Notes: generated by a model from the sequence alone, not told the origin. Counted from the stretch's first letter, positions 11,626 through 24,330 are shown. The stretch is DNA of 64,000 nucleotides from Gemmatimonadales bacterium (GCA_035251445.1 DATFEG010000156.1:3528-67527), one strand, 5' to 3'. Numbers and translations are program-made.

Positions 11626-12764
11626 AGTATCTCAGGCTGGTTCTGGCCAACCTCGGCCGCCACAAGCTGCGGACGATTCTCACGATCCTGAGCGTCGCGC
11701 TGGCGTTGTTTCTGTTCGCCTCGCTCCGCAGCGTGACGACGACCCTCGCCGCGACGGCGCAGTTCGGAGGCGCGCGCCGGCTGGTCACCCTCAATGCGAC
11801 CGGCCTCGTGTTTCCGCTGCCACTCGCGTACGCGAACCGGATCAGGACGCTCAAAGGCGTGACGGGCCTGAGCTGGGCGAATTGGTTCGGCGGGAGATAC
11901 GGCGATGGCAAAGCCTTCTTTGCGAATTTCGCGGTAGATCCCGAGTCGTACCTCTCGATCTATCCCGAGATCATCCTCCCGGCCGATCAGAAGCAGGCGT
12001 TCATCCAGGACCGGACCGGGGCGATCATCGGCCAGCGGCTCATCGGCCGGTATGGCTGGAAGCTGGGGCAGAACGTGACGCTGCAGGGAACGATCTTCCC
12101 GGGCGACTGGACGTTCACGATCCGGGGCGTGTACACCCCCACCGATCCGGCCATCGGGGACGACGTGCTGATTTTTCATCACGCGTACTTCGATGAGCGC
12201 ATCGGCCGCGCCGGCATCGCGGGGTGGTACATCGTGGAAATCGATGATGCGGCGAACGCGGCGTTGATCGCCAAGTCGATCGACGACGTGTTCCGCAACT
12301 CCAGCTCGCCCACCAAGACGGGGACCGAGCGCGAATTCCAGGCGAGTTTCGCGACGATGTGGGGCAACGTCAGCTTTCTGATGAGCACGATCGGCCTCGC
12401 GGTCGTGTTCGCGATTCTGCTCGTCACGGCCAATGCGATGATGATGAGCGCTCGCGAGCGGACCGGTGAGATTGCGGTGCTGAAGACGGTCGGCTTTTCA
12501 GATCGCCTGTTGTTCGGGCTGGTCATGGTGGAGGCGGGAGCCATGGCGCTGACCGGTGCGGCACTCGGGCTTGGTGCGGCGTATCTGTTTTATCCGGCGA
12601 TCAACTTCAACGGCGCCGGCTTCCTCCCGGGATTCAAGGTCGCGACGAGCACGCTGATCGTCGGCGCCCTGGTCGCGCTCGGCCTGATGCTGGTGAGCGG
12701 CATCGTCCCGGCACTGCGGGCCGCGCGGCTACCGGTCGTCCAGGCGCTGCGGCACGTCGAATGA
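11622..12764 (+). CDS. ABC transporter permease, FtsX/MacB-type
   Basis: The 380-aa ORF has an N-terminal TM, a large periplasmic domain and three C-terminal TMs (FtsX-like topology). Its start overlaps the ATPase stop as GTGA. Confidence 0.85.
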   Translation: MKYLRLVLANLGRHKLRTILTILSVALALFLFASLRSVTTTLAATAQFGGARRLVTLNATGLVFPLPLAYANRIRTLKGVTGLSWANWFGGRYGDGKAFFANFAVDPESYLSIYPEIILPADQKQAFIQDRTGAIIGQRLIGRYGWKLGQNVTLQGTIFPGDWTFTIRGVYTPTDPAIGDDVLIFHHAYFDERIGRAGIAGWYIVEIDDAANAALIAKSIDDVFRNSSSPTKTGTEREFQASFATMWGNVSFLMSTIGLAVVFAILLVTANAMMMSARERTGEIAVLKTVGFSDRLLFGLVMVEAGAMALTGAALGLGAAYLFYPAINFNGAGFLPGFKVATSTLIVGALVALGLMLVSGIVPALRAARLPVVQALRHVE

Positions 12765-13921
12765 TCCCGATCGTTTACAACGTGCGCAGCGTCGTCCGTC
12801 GTCCGGTCTCGACCGCGCTCACTGCTCTTGGGGTCGGCATGGTCGTGGCCGTGTTTATCGGCATGCTGGCGCTCGCGAACGGCTTCCGCGCCGCCCTCCG
12901 GAAGACCGGTTCGGATGCCAACGCCCTCGTGCTTCGCAAAGGGGCCGATTCTGAGCTCTCGAGCGGACTCGGACGTGACGTGGCGAGTATCGTGGGCGCG
13001 GATCCGCACGTCGCGACCGGCACGGACGGTCGGCCCCTCGTGTCGCCCGAGGTGTACGTTCTGATCCCGCTCACGAAATCGTTCGACACAACGCAGATCG
13101 CGAACGTGGTCGTGCGCGGCATCAGCGATCAGGCGTGGCAGGTCCGGTCCAATGTCAGAATCACGGCGGGGCAGCGACCGACATCGGGACGGGCGGAAAT
13201 CTGCGTGGGCGATCGCCTGACGCAGCGCTTTCCCCACACCAAGGTCGGACAGACGCTACGGTTCGCCGGGAGGGACTGGGCGGTCACCTGCAACTTCACG
13301 GCCGCCGGCTCGGCGTTCGAATCGGAGATCTGGGGCGAGAACGAGCAGTTCATGCCGGTGTTCCGGGGGGAGGTCTTTCAGTCGATTTCGTTCCGGCTCA
13401 AGGACCCCGCCGCCTTTGAGGAGGCGCAGCGCGCGCTCCAGGCCGACAAGCGCATGACCGTCGACGTGCATCGCGAGTCCACGTTCTACGCGCAGCAATC
13501 GCAGCTGCTCAGCAACATCCTGAACATTCTCGCAATCGTCATCACCAGCATCATGGCTGTCGGCGCGGTATTCGGCGCGATCAATACGATGTACGCGGCG
13601 ATCTCCTCGCGCGCGCCGGAGATCGGCGTGCTGATGACGCTCGGATTCAAGCCCTGGACCGTGCTCGTGAGCTTCCTCGCCGAGTCCGCCTTCATCGCGC
13701 TCATCGGCGGCCTGCTCGGCTGCTTGTTCGCCCTGCCGTTGAACGGGATCGTCACCAGCACCACGAACTGGTCGAGCTTCAGCGAAATCGCCTTCAGTTT
13801 CCGTGTGACACCTATGCTGTTGTCGTTGGGCGTGGCGTTCGCCCTCGTAATGGGTGTCGTGGGCGGTTTCTTCCCCGCGCTTCGAGCCGCGAGGCTGCAG
13901 GTCGTTCAGGCGCTCCGGTAG
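12761..13921 (+). CDS. ABC transporter permease, FtsX/MacB-type (second copy)
   Basis: The 386-aa ORF has the same topology as the preceding gene and overlaps it as ATGA. Confidence 0.85.
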   Translation: MIPIVYNVRSVVRRPVSTALTALGVGMVVAVFIGMLALANGFRAALRKTGSDANALVLRKGADSELSSGLGRDVASIVGADPHVATGTDGRPLVSPEVYVLIPLTKSFDTTQIANVVVRGISDQAWQVRSNVRITAGQRPTSGRAEICVGDRLTQRFPHTKVGQTLRFAGRDWAVTCNFTAAGSAFESEIWGENEQFMPVFRGEVFQSISFRLKDPAAFEEAQRALQADKRMTVDVHRESTFYAQQSQLLSNILNILAIVITSIMAVGAVFGAINTMYAAISSRAPEIGVLMTLGFKPWTVLVSFLAESAFIALIGGLLGCLFALPLNGIVTSTTNWSSFSEIAFSFRVTPMLLSLGVAFALVMGVVGGFFPALRAARLQVVQALR

Positions 13922-13939
13922 CCCTGTTCCTGTCCCCAA

Positions 13940-13971
13940 CTCCCAGCTCCCAGCTCCTAGCTCCTGGCTCC
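13940..13971 (+). repeat. Heptanucleotide tandem array (CTCCCAG-type, about 4.5 units) abutting the folP start
   Basis: The sequence ctcccag ctcccag ctcctag ctcctgg ctcc ends at the base before the ATG at 13972. It is the reverse complement of the array at 14171-14202. Confidence 0.9.
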
Positions 13972-15156
13972 ATGAAGATCACCGCGCTCGCCGCGCACAC
14001 ACCGGAAGCGGTGCGCGCGGCGCTCGCGGGACGCGGCTGGGAGACGCAACCCGCCTGGTTTGCCGCCACCGGCATCCAGCCGCTTGTCATCCTCATCGAA
14101 GCAATCACCGAAGACGAGCGCGAAGCCCTCGTGCACTGGGGCACGAAGTCCGGCGCCGACGTGCTGACTGGGGGCTCGGAGTCAGGAGCCGGGAGCTGGG
14201 CCCTCGTGGCGGGTTCCGCCAGCCGCATTGCGCCACTCGCCCGTTACGATCGCACCCCGGTCGAATTGGCGCGTCTCGCCCCGGAGCTCGGCAAGGTACT
14301 CGCGGCGCGTGCGGAGCCGCCGCGCGCGTGGGCGATCAAGGGCGCCGAGTTGTCACTCGAAAACCCCGTGATCATTGGCATCATCAATGTCACGCCCGAT
14401 TCATTTTCCGATGGTGGTCATCTGGGCTCTGTGGAAGCCGCGATCGAACACGGCGCGGGGCTCAAGGCGGCCGGCGCACGTGTTTTAGATGTGGGCGGCG
14501 AGTCCACTCGGCCCGGGGCTGCACCTCTCCCTGTCCATGAAGAAATCAGCCGCGTTGTCCCGGTGATCGCAGGGCTTGTGAAGCGAGGCCACGGCCCGAT
14601 CTCGGTCGACACACGGAAAGCTGAGGTGGCGCGGGCTGCTCTCGACGCCGGAGCCGTAGTCGTGAACGACGTGTCGGCGCTGCAGTTCGACCGTGAGCTC
14701 GCCCAAGTCGTGCAGGAAACGGAGGCGGGCATCATCCTGATGCACATGCGCGGCACCCCGGCGACGATGGACGACCTGGCCAAGTATGACCATGTGGCGG
14801 CTGAGGTCGCCGGCGAGCTCGGCGACATGGCCGCCAAGGCCGAGCGCGCGGGTATCGCGCGCGAGCGGATCGTGCTGGACCCAGGTTTTGGTTTCGCCAA
14901 AACCGCCACCCAGAACCTTCGGCTGCTCGACGAACTGGCAACGATCGTGGCCGTTGGCTATCCTGTAGCGGTCGGCCCGTCGCGGAAGCGCTTTCTGGGG
15001 GCGGCGACCGGTCGGCCCGTGGAAGATCGCGATCGCGCCACGGCTGTTGCCTGCGCCTTTGCCTGGGAGCGAGGCGCCCGGTTGTTCCGGGTCCACGACG
15101 TCGCTCTGACAGTCGAAGCCCTTTCACTAGCGAGCGCTACGACCAAGCCAACGTGA
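13972..15156 (+). CDS. folP: Dihydropteroate synthase with ~125-aa N-terminal extension
   Basis: The DHPS core starts near aa 130 (IIGIINVTPDSFSDGG) and runs to the C-terminus. Residues 1 to ~125 are an additional region of unknown function in the same ORF. Confidence 0.85.
   Translation: MKITALAAHTPEAVRAALAGRGWETQPAWFAATGIQPLVILIEAITEDEREALVHWGTKSGADVLTGGSESGAGSWALVAGSASRIAPLARYDRTPVELARLAPELGKVLAARAEPPRAWAIKGAELSLENPVIIGIINVTPDSFSDGGHLGSVEAAIEHGAGLKAAGARVLDVGGESTRPGAAPLPVHEEISRVVPVIAGLVKRGHGPISVDTRKAEVARAALDAGAVVVNDVSALQFDRELAQVVQETEAGIILMHMRGTPATMDDLAKYDHVAAEVAGELGDMAAKAERAGIARERIVLDPGFGFAKTATQNLRLLDELATIVAVGYPVAVGPSRKRFLGAATGRPVEDRDRATAVACAFAWERGARLFRVHDVALTVEALSLASATTKPT
14171..14202 (+). 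repeat. Heptanucleotide tandem array (GGAGCNG-type) inside folP
   Basis: The sequence is ggggctc ggagtca ggagccg ggagctg ggcc. It is the inverted partner of 13940-13971 and shares the exact 16-mer gctcggagtcaggagc with the array in yggS. Confidence 0.88.
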
Positions 15157-15953
15157 ACGTTGACGCCTTCAGGTTTCTCTCCCCGCGGCTCTGGCCGGAT
15201 CTCTTCGAGATCCTGATCGTCGCGTTCGTCATCTATCGGTTTCTGCTGTTTCTCGTCGGGACGCGGGCCCTGCAGATCGTGATCGGCCTCGTGATTCTCT
15301 CGCTCACGTACTTCGTGGCCGTCTTCGCGAAGTTCACGATGATCAGCACGTTGCTGGGCGTGATCTTCACGTACGGCGCCTTTGCCGCCGTCGTCGTCTT
15401 TCAGCCTGAGCTTCGCAACGCCCTGGCGCGGCTCGGCCAGTCGCGCTTCATGCGGGCGTTTTCGCGGGGCGACCGGCAATCGGTCGCGGAGGAAATCGCG
15501 GAGGCGTTGGACCGGCTGTCGCGCGCCGGGACGGGCGCGATCATCGCGGTCGAGGGCGACATCGGCCTCGAGGAATTCATCACCACCGGCGTGCCGATGG
15601 AAGCGAAGGTCTCGGCCGATCTGTTGACCACGATCTTCACGCCATACTCTCCGCTCCACGATGGCGCGATCCTGATTCGGGGCGATCAGATCATCGGCGC
15701 GGGCTGCGTGCTGCCCCTGACGCAATTCAAGGTGGCCGACAAGTCGCTCGGCACGCGCCATCGGGCGGCGCTGGGTTTGTCGGAGGAAACGGATGCGACG
15801 GTCCTCGTCGTGTCGGAAGAGACCTCGACCATCTCCGTCGCGAGCCACGGCCTGCTGTACCGCCATCTCACCCCGCCACAGGTGCGCGATCTGCTCTCCG
15901 GTGCCGTCTCTCATCTCGAGGGCGGCGAGCGTGTAACTCAGCCTGCAACCTGA
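15153..15953 (+). CDS. cdaA: Diadenylate cyclase CdaA (c-di-AMP synthase)
   Basis: It has three N-terminal TM helices and a DAC domain with the DGAILI and GTRHRAA motifs. Its start overlaps the folP stop as GTGA. Confidence 0.9.
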   Translation: MNVDAFRFLSPRLWPDLFEILIVAFVIYRFLLFLVGTRALQIVIGLVILSLTYFVAVFAKFTMISTLLGVIFTYGAFAAVVVFQPELRNALARLGQSRFMRAFSRGDRQSVAEEIAEALDRLSRAGTGAIIAVEGDIGLEEFITTGVPMEAKVSADLLTTIFTPYSPLHDGAILIRGDQIIGAGCVLPLTQFKVADKSLGTRHRAALGLSEETDATVLVVSEETSTISVASHGLLYRHLTPPQVRDLLSGAVSHLEGGERVTQPAT

Positions 15954-16017
15954 TCTGGCGCAGCGCCCTCCGTACCGGGAGGCCGCGGTTGTCGCACTCC
16001 TGGTCCTCATCGGTTAT

Positions 16018-18216
16018 GTGATCACCCTCGCTCCCACCGTCACACTGTGGGATGCGGGCGAGTTCATCACCGCCGCCAAGGTGCTCGGCGTGCCTCATCA
16101 GCCGGGGACACCGCTATTCGTGATGCTGGGTCACGTCTGGGGCGACGTCGTGGCCATCGGTGAATACGCCTGGCGGCTGAACCTGATGAGCGCCTGCTTC
16201 TCGGCAGCGGGCGCGGGCTGCCTGTTTCTCGTCGCGGAACGAGTGCTCGCCGCGGAAACACGGATGATCCGCATTGGCGGCGCGGCCGCCGCCGCGACTC
16301 TGTCGGCGTTCGTATTCACCGCCTGGCAGAACAGCAACGAGACCGAGGTCTATACCATCGCGACGTTCAGTTTCGCCGCGATCTCCTGGCTCGCCGTGCG
16401 GTGGCGGGACGTGCGCGGCAGTCCGCACGCTCCACATCTGCTGCTCCTCATCATCTACCTCGGCGCACTGTCGATCGGCAATCACCTGCTCGCGCTGCTG
16501 GCGGGTCCCGCCGTGGTGCTGTTCATCTTCTACACACTGCGAACCGCACCATCACCCGATCCGCGGGAGCGGCGCTGCGAGTGGGCCGAGTGGGCATTGC
16601 TGGGCACGTTGTGGATCGCGCTCATCGCCGTCGGCCTGGGCAGCACGGGACTGATCATCGTTGGTGGAGTGCTGCTGCTTGGGGCGGTGGTAGCCTGCGT
16701 GATGGCGGGCTCGCGTGCGTTCCCCATTTTCGCGATTGCGATTGCCGCGGTCGGCATTTCGACGTACGCCTTCCTTTATATCCGCTCCGGCCTCCAACCG
16801 GTGCTCGACGAATCCGATCCCGAAACGTGGACGAACCTGCTGTCGATGATCCGGCGGGAACAGTTCGGCAGACGGGGAATCTTCGACAACCCGATGTTCT
16901 TCCCCGGGAAAGACAATCCGGGCCGCAGTATCATGCTTTTCTGGCAGCAGCTGATCAACTACTTCGTGTACTGCGGGTGGCAATGGGGCCGATCACTTCC
17001 GAACATCGCAATGGCCGCGGTGTCGCTGGTGTACGCGGCGCTCGGCTACTTCGGATTCGATCTGGCGCGTCGCCGCGACCGCGGTCTCACCTATTTCCTC
17101 GTCGCATCGTGGCTCATCACGGGTCTCGGTCTCGTCGTGTACATGAACTTCAAGCCCGGGTTCTCCCTGTTCTGGGATGTCTACCCATCGATGAGCCAGC
17201 ACGAAGTCCGGGAGCGCGACTACTTCTTTGTCGTGAGCTTCCAAATCTGGGGCGTGTTCGCGGGGCTCGGTCTCGTGGACGTTGCGCGGCGCGCGGTCGC
17301 GTCGCGGTGGATGGTGGCAGGTGCGGCGCTGATCGCGCTGCTGCCGTTCGGACTCAATTTCGCTGCCGCCACGCGGCGCGGGCCGGACGCGTATGTGGCG
17401 CGGGACTTCGCGTATAACCTGCTGCAATCGGTCGAGCCGTACGGCGCGCTGTTCGGTTTCGGTGACAATGATACGTTCCCCGTTTGGTATCTGCAGGAGG
17501 TGGAGGAAATCCGGCAGGACGTCACAATGGTGAACCTGTCGCTGGCCAATCTCGACTGGTACGTGAAGCAGCTCGCCGCTCGACCGGTGCGACCCTTCGA
17601 CACCGCGGGCGCGCCGGCCATCTACCGCACGCTCCAACTTCCCGCGCCGCCAGCCGGCACGCAGTTGGCGCTCACACCCGAACAGATCGCCGGCATGCAA
17701 CCCGGCCGCCTAAGCGACGACCTCGACTTTCGCGCCGCCGGGTTCTCATTGCGCGTTCCGCGGGGTACGTACCTACGCATTGCCGACCAGGTGATCCTGT
17801 ACACGCTCGGGTCATATCTCCCCGCGCGATCGGTCACGTTCGGACAGACGTCGGGGCGCGGGGCGTGGCTCGGTCTCGACTCGCAGCTGGTGTTCCAGGG
17901 TCTCGTCTTCAAGGTCGTGCCGCGCGCCGACACGGTGACTCGCTGGCCTGAGGGTATCCAGCGTACCAAGGTCGACACGGCACGAACCCGACTACTGGCG
18001 GACTCGGTGTTTCGATACGGAAGCCTGTTCTCGGTCGACACCCTGAAGCTGGAGCCGGCGGCGCAGCTGGTCGCCCGATCGTTCTCCGTGCCGTTTCTCG
18101 AGTTGGGGAATGGCGCACGCCTGCGGGGCGATACCACGCTCGCTCGCGCGTACCTGCGGCGGGCCTATCACCTGAATCCGAGCCAGGCACTCGCCGAGCT
18201 TCTGCGAGGCCCTTAG
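16018..18216 (+). CDS. DUF2723-family polytopic membrane protein (glycosyltransferase-like)
   Basis: It has the N-terminal signature TLAPTVTLWDAGEFITAAKVLGVPHQPGTPLF and many TM segments. The true start is probably upstream of the GTG at 16018, as discussed in the findings. Confidence 0.75.
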   Translation: MITLAPTVTLWDAGEFITAAKVLGVPHQPGTPLFVMLGHVWGDVVAIGEYAWRLNLMSACFSAAGAGCLFLVAERVLAAETRMIRIGGAAAAATLSAFVFTAWQNSNETEVYTIATFSFAAISWLAVRWRDVRGSPHAPHLLLLIIYLGALSIGNHLLALLAGPAVVLFIFYTLRTAPSPDPRERRCEWAEWALLGTLWIALIAVGLGSTGLIIVGGVLLLGAVVACVMAGSRAFPIFAIAIAAVGISTYAFLYIRSGLQPVLDESDPETWTNLLSMIRREQFGRRGIFDNPMFFPGKDNPGRSIMLFWQQLINYFVYCGWQWGRSLPNIAMAAVSLVYAALGYFGFDLARRRDRGLTYFLVASWLITGLGLVVYMNFKPGFSLFWDVYPSMSQHEVRERDYFFVVSFQIWGVFAGLGLVDVARRAVASRWMVAGAALIALLPFGLNFAAATRRGPDAYVARDFAYNLLQSVEPYGALFGFGDNDTFPVWYLQEVEEIRQDVTMVNLSLANLDWYVKQLAARPVRPFDTAGAPAIYRTLQLPAPPAGTQLALTPEQIAGMQPGRLSDDLDFRAAGFSLRVPRGTYLRIADQVILYTLGSYLPARSVTFGQTSGRGAWLGLDSQLVFQGLVFKVVPRADTVTRWPEGIQRTKVDTARTRLLADSVFRYGSLFSVDTLKLEPAAQLVARSFSVPFLELGNGARLRGDTTLARAYLRRAYHLNPSQALAELLRGP

Positions 18217-18249
18217 GCTGCCAGCGCACAGGCTCTATATTCAACGGCT

Positions 18250-18942
18250 ATGAGTTTCGAGGCCCTCCCGGAGCGTTTGGCCCAGGTGAGGGCCGAAGTT
18301 GCGCGGCTCGCCTCACATCCAGTGACGATCGTCGCAGTGACGAAAGGTTTCGGCAGCGAGGCGATTCGTGCGGCTGTCGCTGCTGGTGTGGGGGACATCG
18401 GAGAGAATCGCGTTCAGGAGGCGCTGGAAAAGCAGCAGGAGTTAGGAGCTCGGAGTCAGGAGCTGGGGATTCGTTGGCATCTGATCGGGCATCTTCAGCG
18501 CAACAAGGCGAAGCATGTGCCCGGTCGCTTCGAGCTCGTGCACTCGGTCGATTCGCTGGCACTCGCCACCGAGCTCGACAGGCGCGCTTCTGGATTGCGC
18601 GTGCTGCTGCAGGTGAACGTGGCCGGCGAGGAGCAGAAGAGCGGGTGCGCGCCGCTGGAGGCGACAGCCCTCGCGCGACACATCGCCGCACTGAGGAATC
18701 TGCGGCTCGAGGGATTGATGACGGTGGCTCCATTCACTGATGATGTGGACGTGCAGCGCCGGGTGTTTCGTGGCCTGCGCGTGCTGCGTGATACGATCAA
18801 GGAGGAGAACGGAGTATGGCTGCCGACCCTCTCGATGGGGATGTCCGGCGATTACGCTACGGCGCTCGCGGAGGGAGCGACGGTGATTCGCCTGGGTACC
18901 GCACTATTCGGCCCGAGGATAGTGAAGGAGACAGGCCCGTGA
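18250..18942 (+). CDS. yggS: YggS-family PLP-binding (PLP homeostasis) protein
   Basis: The 230-aa ORF has VTKGF, GENRVQE, WHLIGHLQRNK and SMGMSGDY motifs, colinear with E. coli YggS as I recall it. Confidence 0.88.
   Translation: MSFEALPERLAQVRAEVARLASHPVTIVAVTKGFGSEAIRAAVAAGVGDIGENRVQEALEKQQELGARSQELGIRWHLIGHLQRNKAKHVPGRFELVHSVDSLALATELDRRASGLRVLLQVNVAGEEQKSGCAPLEATALARHIAALRNLRLEGLMTVAPFTDDVDVQRRVFRGLRVLRDTIKEENGVWLPTLSMGMSGDYATALAEGATVIRLGTALFGPRIVKETGP
18437..18469 (+). repeat. Heptanucleotide tandem array (AGGAGCT-type) inside yggS
   Basis: The sequence aggagtt aggagct cggagtc aggagct gggga encodes QELGARSQELGI. Confidence 0.88.
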
Positions 18943-19409
18943 CCGACAACGCCTTCACGCTCACGCCGCTCGACATTCGCAAACAGGAGTTTCGCAAGAG
19001 CCTGCGCGGTTACGAGACCGAGGGCGTCGAAGACTTCCGCGTGCGCGTGGCGGACGCGCTGGAGCGCGCGATCCGCGACCGTCAGGTGCTGGAGGAGCGC
19101 GTGGCGGCGGTGACGGAGCAGCTGCGGGTTTTCCGGGAGCGCGAAAGGGCCATGAATGAAGCCCTCGTCGCGGCGCAGCAGCTGCGGCAGGACACCCGCG
19201 CGGCCGCGGAGCGTGAGGGGCAGGTGATCGTGCGCGAAGCGGAAGCCGCAGCTAAACGGCTGCTCGACGAAGCGCACAATGCCGAAACCGCGGTCAAGGT
19301 GCGCTTGGCGGAGACCGAGCGCCAGTTCCAGCAGTACGTCGGCGGATTTCGCGCCCTGCTCGAGCGGCAACTCGCCGAGCTCCGCGCCCTCGACGGCAAG
19401 CACGACTGA
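18939..19409 (+). CDS. DivIVA domain protein
   Basis: The GTG at 18939 overlaps the yggS stop as GTGA. The N-terminal DivIVA signature LTPLDIRKQEFRKSLRGYETEGVEDF is followed by a coiled coil. Confidence 0.8.
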   Translation: MTDNAFTLTPLDIRKQEFRKSLRGYETEGVEDFRVRVADALERAIRDRQVLEERVAAVTEQLRVFRERERAMNEALVAAQQLRQDTRAAAEREGQVIVREAEAAAKRLLDEAHNAETAVKVRLAETERQFQQYVGGFRALLERQLAELRALDGKHD

Positions 19410-20217
19410 TGGTCGTGGCTGACGCCGTTCGCGCGATCAAGGCGCGAACGTCGGTTTCTCCGGACATCGCCGTCATTCTGGGCACCGGCCTCGGCGCGCT
19501 CGCCGACGAGCTCAAGGCCGAGACCACTCTTTCGTATCCGGACATTCCCGGCTTCCCGACTCCGACCGTCGAGACGCATGCCGGCCGGCTGCTGTTTGGC
19601 AAACTGGGCAACCGGCGCGTGGCCATCATGCAGGGACGGTTCCACCGTTACGAGGGCTACACCCTCCAGCAGGTCGCATTCCCCGTGCGCGTGCTGAAGG
19701 CGCTCGGCGCGAAAACACTGATCGTGTCCAATGTGTCGGGCGGCATGCATCCCCTCTGGTCCACGGGCGATTTGGTGCTCATCGTCGATCATATCAACCT
19801 GCTCGGCGACAATCCGCTCGTCGGGCCGAACGTCGACGCCGAAGGCCCGCGGTTTCCCGACATGTCGGCGGCGTACGACCGGGAGCTGCGCCGCCTGGCC
19901 CGCGCTGTCGCGCTCGAAAACAAGATCGTGCTGCGCGAAGGCGTCTACGTCGCGGTGCCTGGCCCCAATCTCGAGACCGCGGCCGAGTACCGGATGCTGC
20001 GGGCGCTGGGAGCGGACATCGTCGGCATGAGTACCGTCCCGGAAGTCATCACGGCCGTGCACCAGGGTATGCGCGTACTGGGTCTTTCGATCATCACCGA
20101 CAACTGCCTGCCGGACGCGCTGGAGCCGACGTCGGTCGAGCGGATCATCGCGGTCGCCCGCGCCGCCGAGCCGCGCCTCGCGACGGTTGTGCGGGGCGTG
20201 GTGGAGCGCCTGAACTG

Positions 20218-20218
<1 letters not shown>
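19409..20218 (+). CDS. Purine nucleoside phosphorylase (PNP/PunA family)
   Basis: The 269-aa ORF has GRFHRYEGY and GMSTVPE motifs. Its start overlaps the preceding stop by 1 nt. Confidence 0.88.
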
Positions 20219-23402
<3,184 letters not shown>

Positions 23403-23403
<1 letters not shown>

Positions 23404-23828
23404 TGCCGACAAAGTCGACCAAAACAGCCGCAAAGACCAAGGGCCTGAACAAGAAGCAGCTGAGCCATCTGGAAAAGCGGCTGCTGGAAGAGCGGGCCCG
23501 GGTGATCAAAGAGCTGGGCCACTACGGCGAGTCCTTCAACTCGAGCCTCCAGGCGTCCGACGGCGACCTCTCGAGCTACTCCTTCCACATGGCGGATCAG
23601 GGCACCGACGCCATGGAGCGCGAGAAGGCATTCCTCTTCGCGTCGCAGGAGGGGCGCTACCTGTGGCATGTCAATGAAGCGCTGCGGCGGCTGTACAGCT
23701 CGCCCGATCGCTTCGGCCGGTGCGAGCAATGCGGCGAGGAGATCGGGTTCGACCGCCTCGATGCGCTTCCACACGCCCGTCTGTGCATCAAGTGCAAGGC
23801 GAAAGAGGAAGATGGAAAGCGCCGCTGA
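23403..23828 (+). CDS. DksA/TraR-family C4 zinc-finger protein
   Basis: The 141-aa ORF has a coiled-coil region followed by the zinc finger CEQCGEEI...CIKC. Confidence 0.8.
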
Positions 23829-24330
23829 GCGCCGGCTCTTCTGGGGCACGGCGATCACGGTTGTCGTCGCTGATATGATCACCAAACTGATCGCCGAGTC
23901 ACTGCTCGCGCGGCGCCTGCCGCTGGCAGTGATCGGCGATATCGTGCAGCTCCGCCTGGTCTACAACGAGGGCGCCGCGTTCGGGCTCCACGTGGGCGAA
24001 AACTCGCGCTGGATCTTTCTCGGCCTGGCCATCGTGGCCCTCTTCGTGCTGGGCTCGCTGGTGCGCGGGACGCGCCCCGGCGATCGCTTTCGCCTCGCCG
24101 CGCTCGCGCTTGTGTGCGGCGGCGCGGTCGGCAACTTGATCGACCGCATTCGCAGCGCGCAAGGTGTCGTTGACTTCCTGGACATCGGCGTCGGCGCGTG
24201 GCGCTGGCCCACGTTCAACGTCGCCGACTCGGCCATCACCATCGGCGCCATCGCCCTCGGCGTCTCGCTCTGGCAGGAAGGCCGCGCCCAGCAGCGGGCG
24301 AAGGAGGCGCGCGCAGCCGAACCTTCTTGA
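23812..24330 (+). CDS. lspA: Lipoprotein signal peptidase (signal peptidase II)
   Basis: The internal ATG at 23812 (MESAAERRLFWG...) gives a 172-aa four-TM protein with the NxGAAFG-like and FNVADS motifs. The longer track ORF would overlap the dksA-like gene. Confidence 0.88.
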   Translation: MESAAERRLFWGTAITVVVADMITKLIAESLLARRLPLAVIGDIVQLRLVYNEGAAFGLHVGENSRWIFLGLAIVALFVLGSLVRGTRPGDRFRLAALALVCGGAVGNLIDRIRSAQGVVDFLDIGVGAWRWPTFNVADSAITIGAIALGVSLWQEGRAQQRAKEARAAEPS

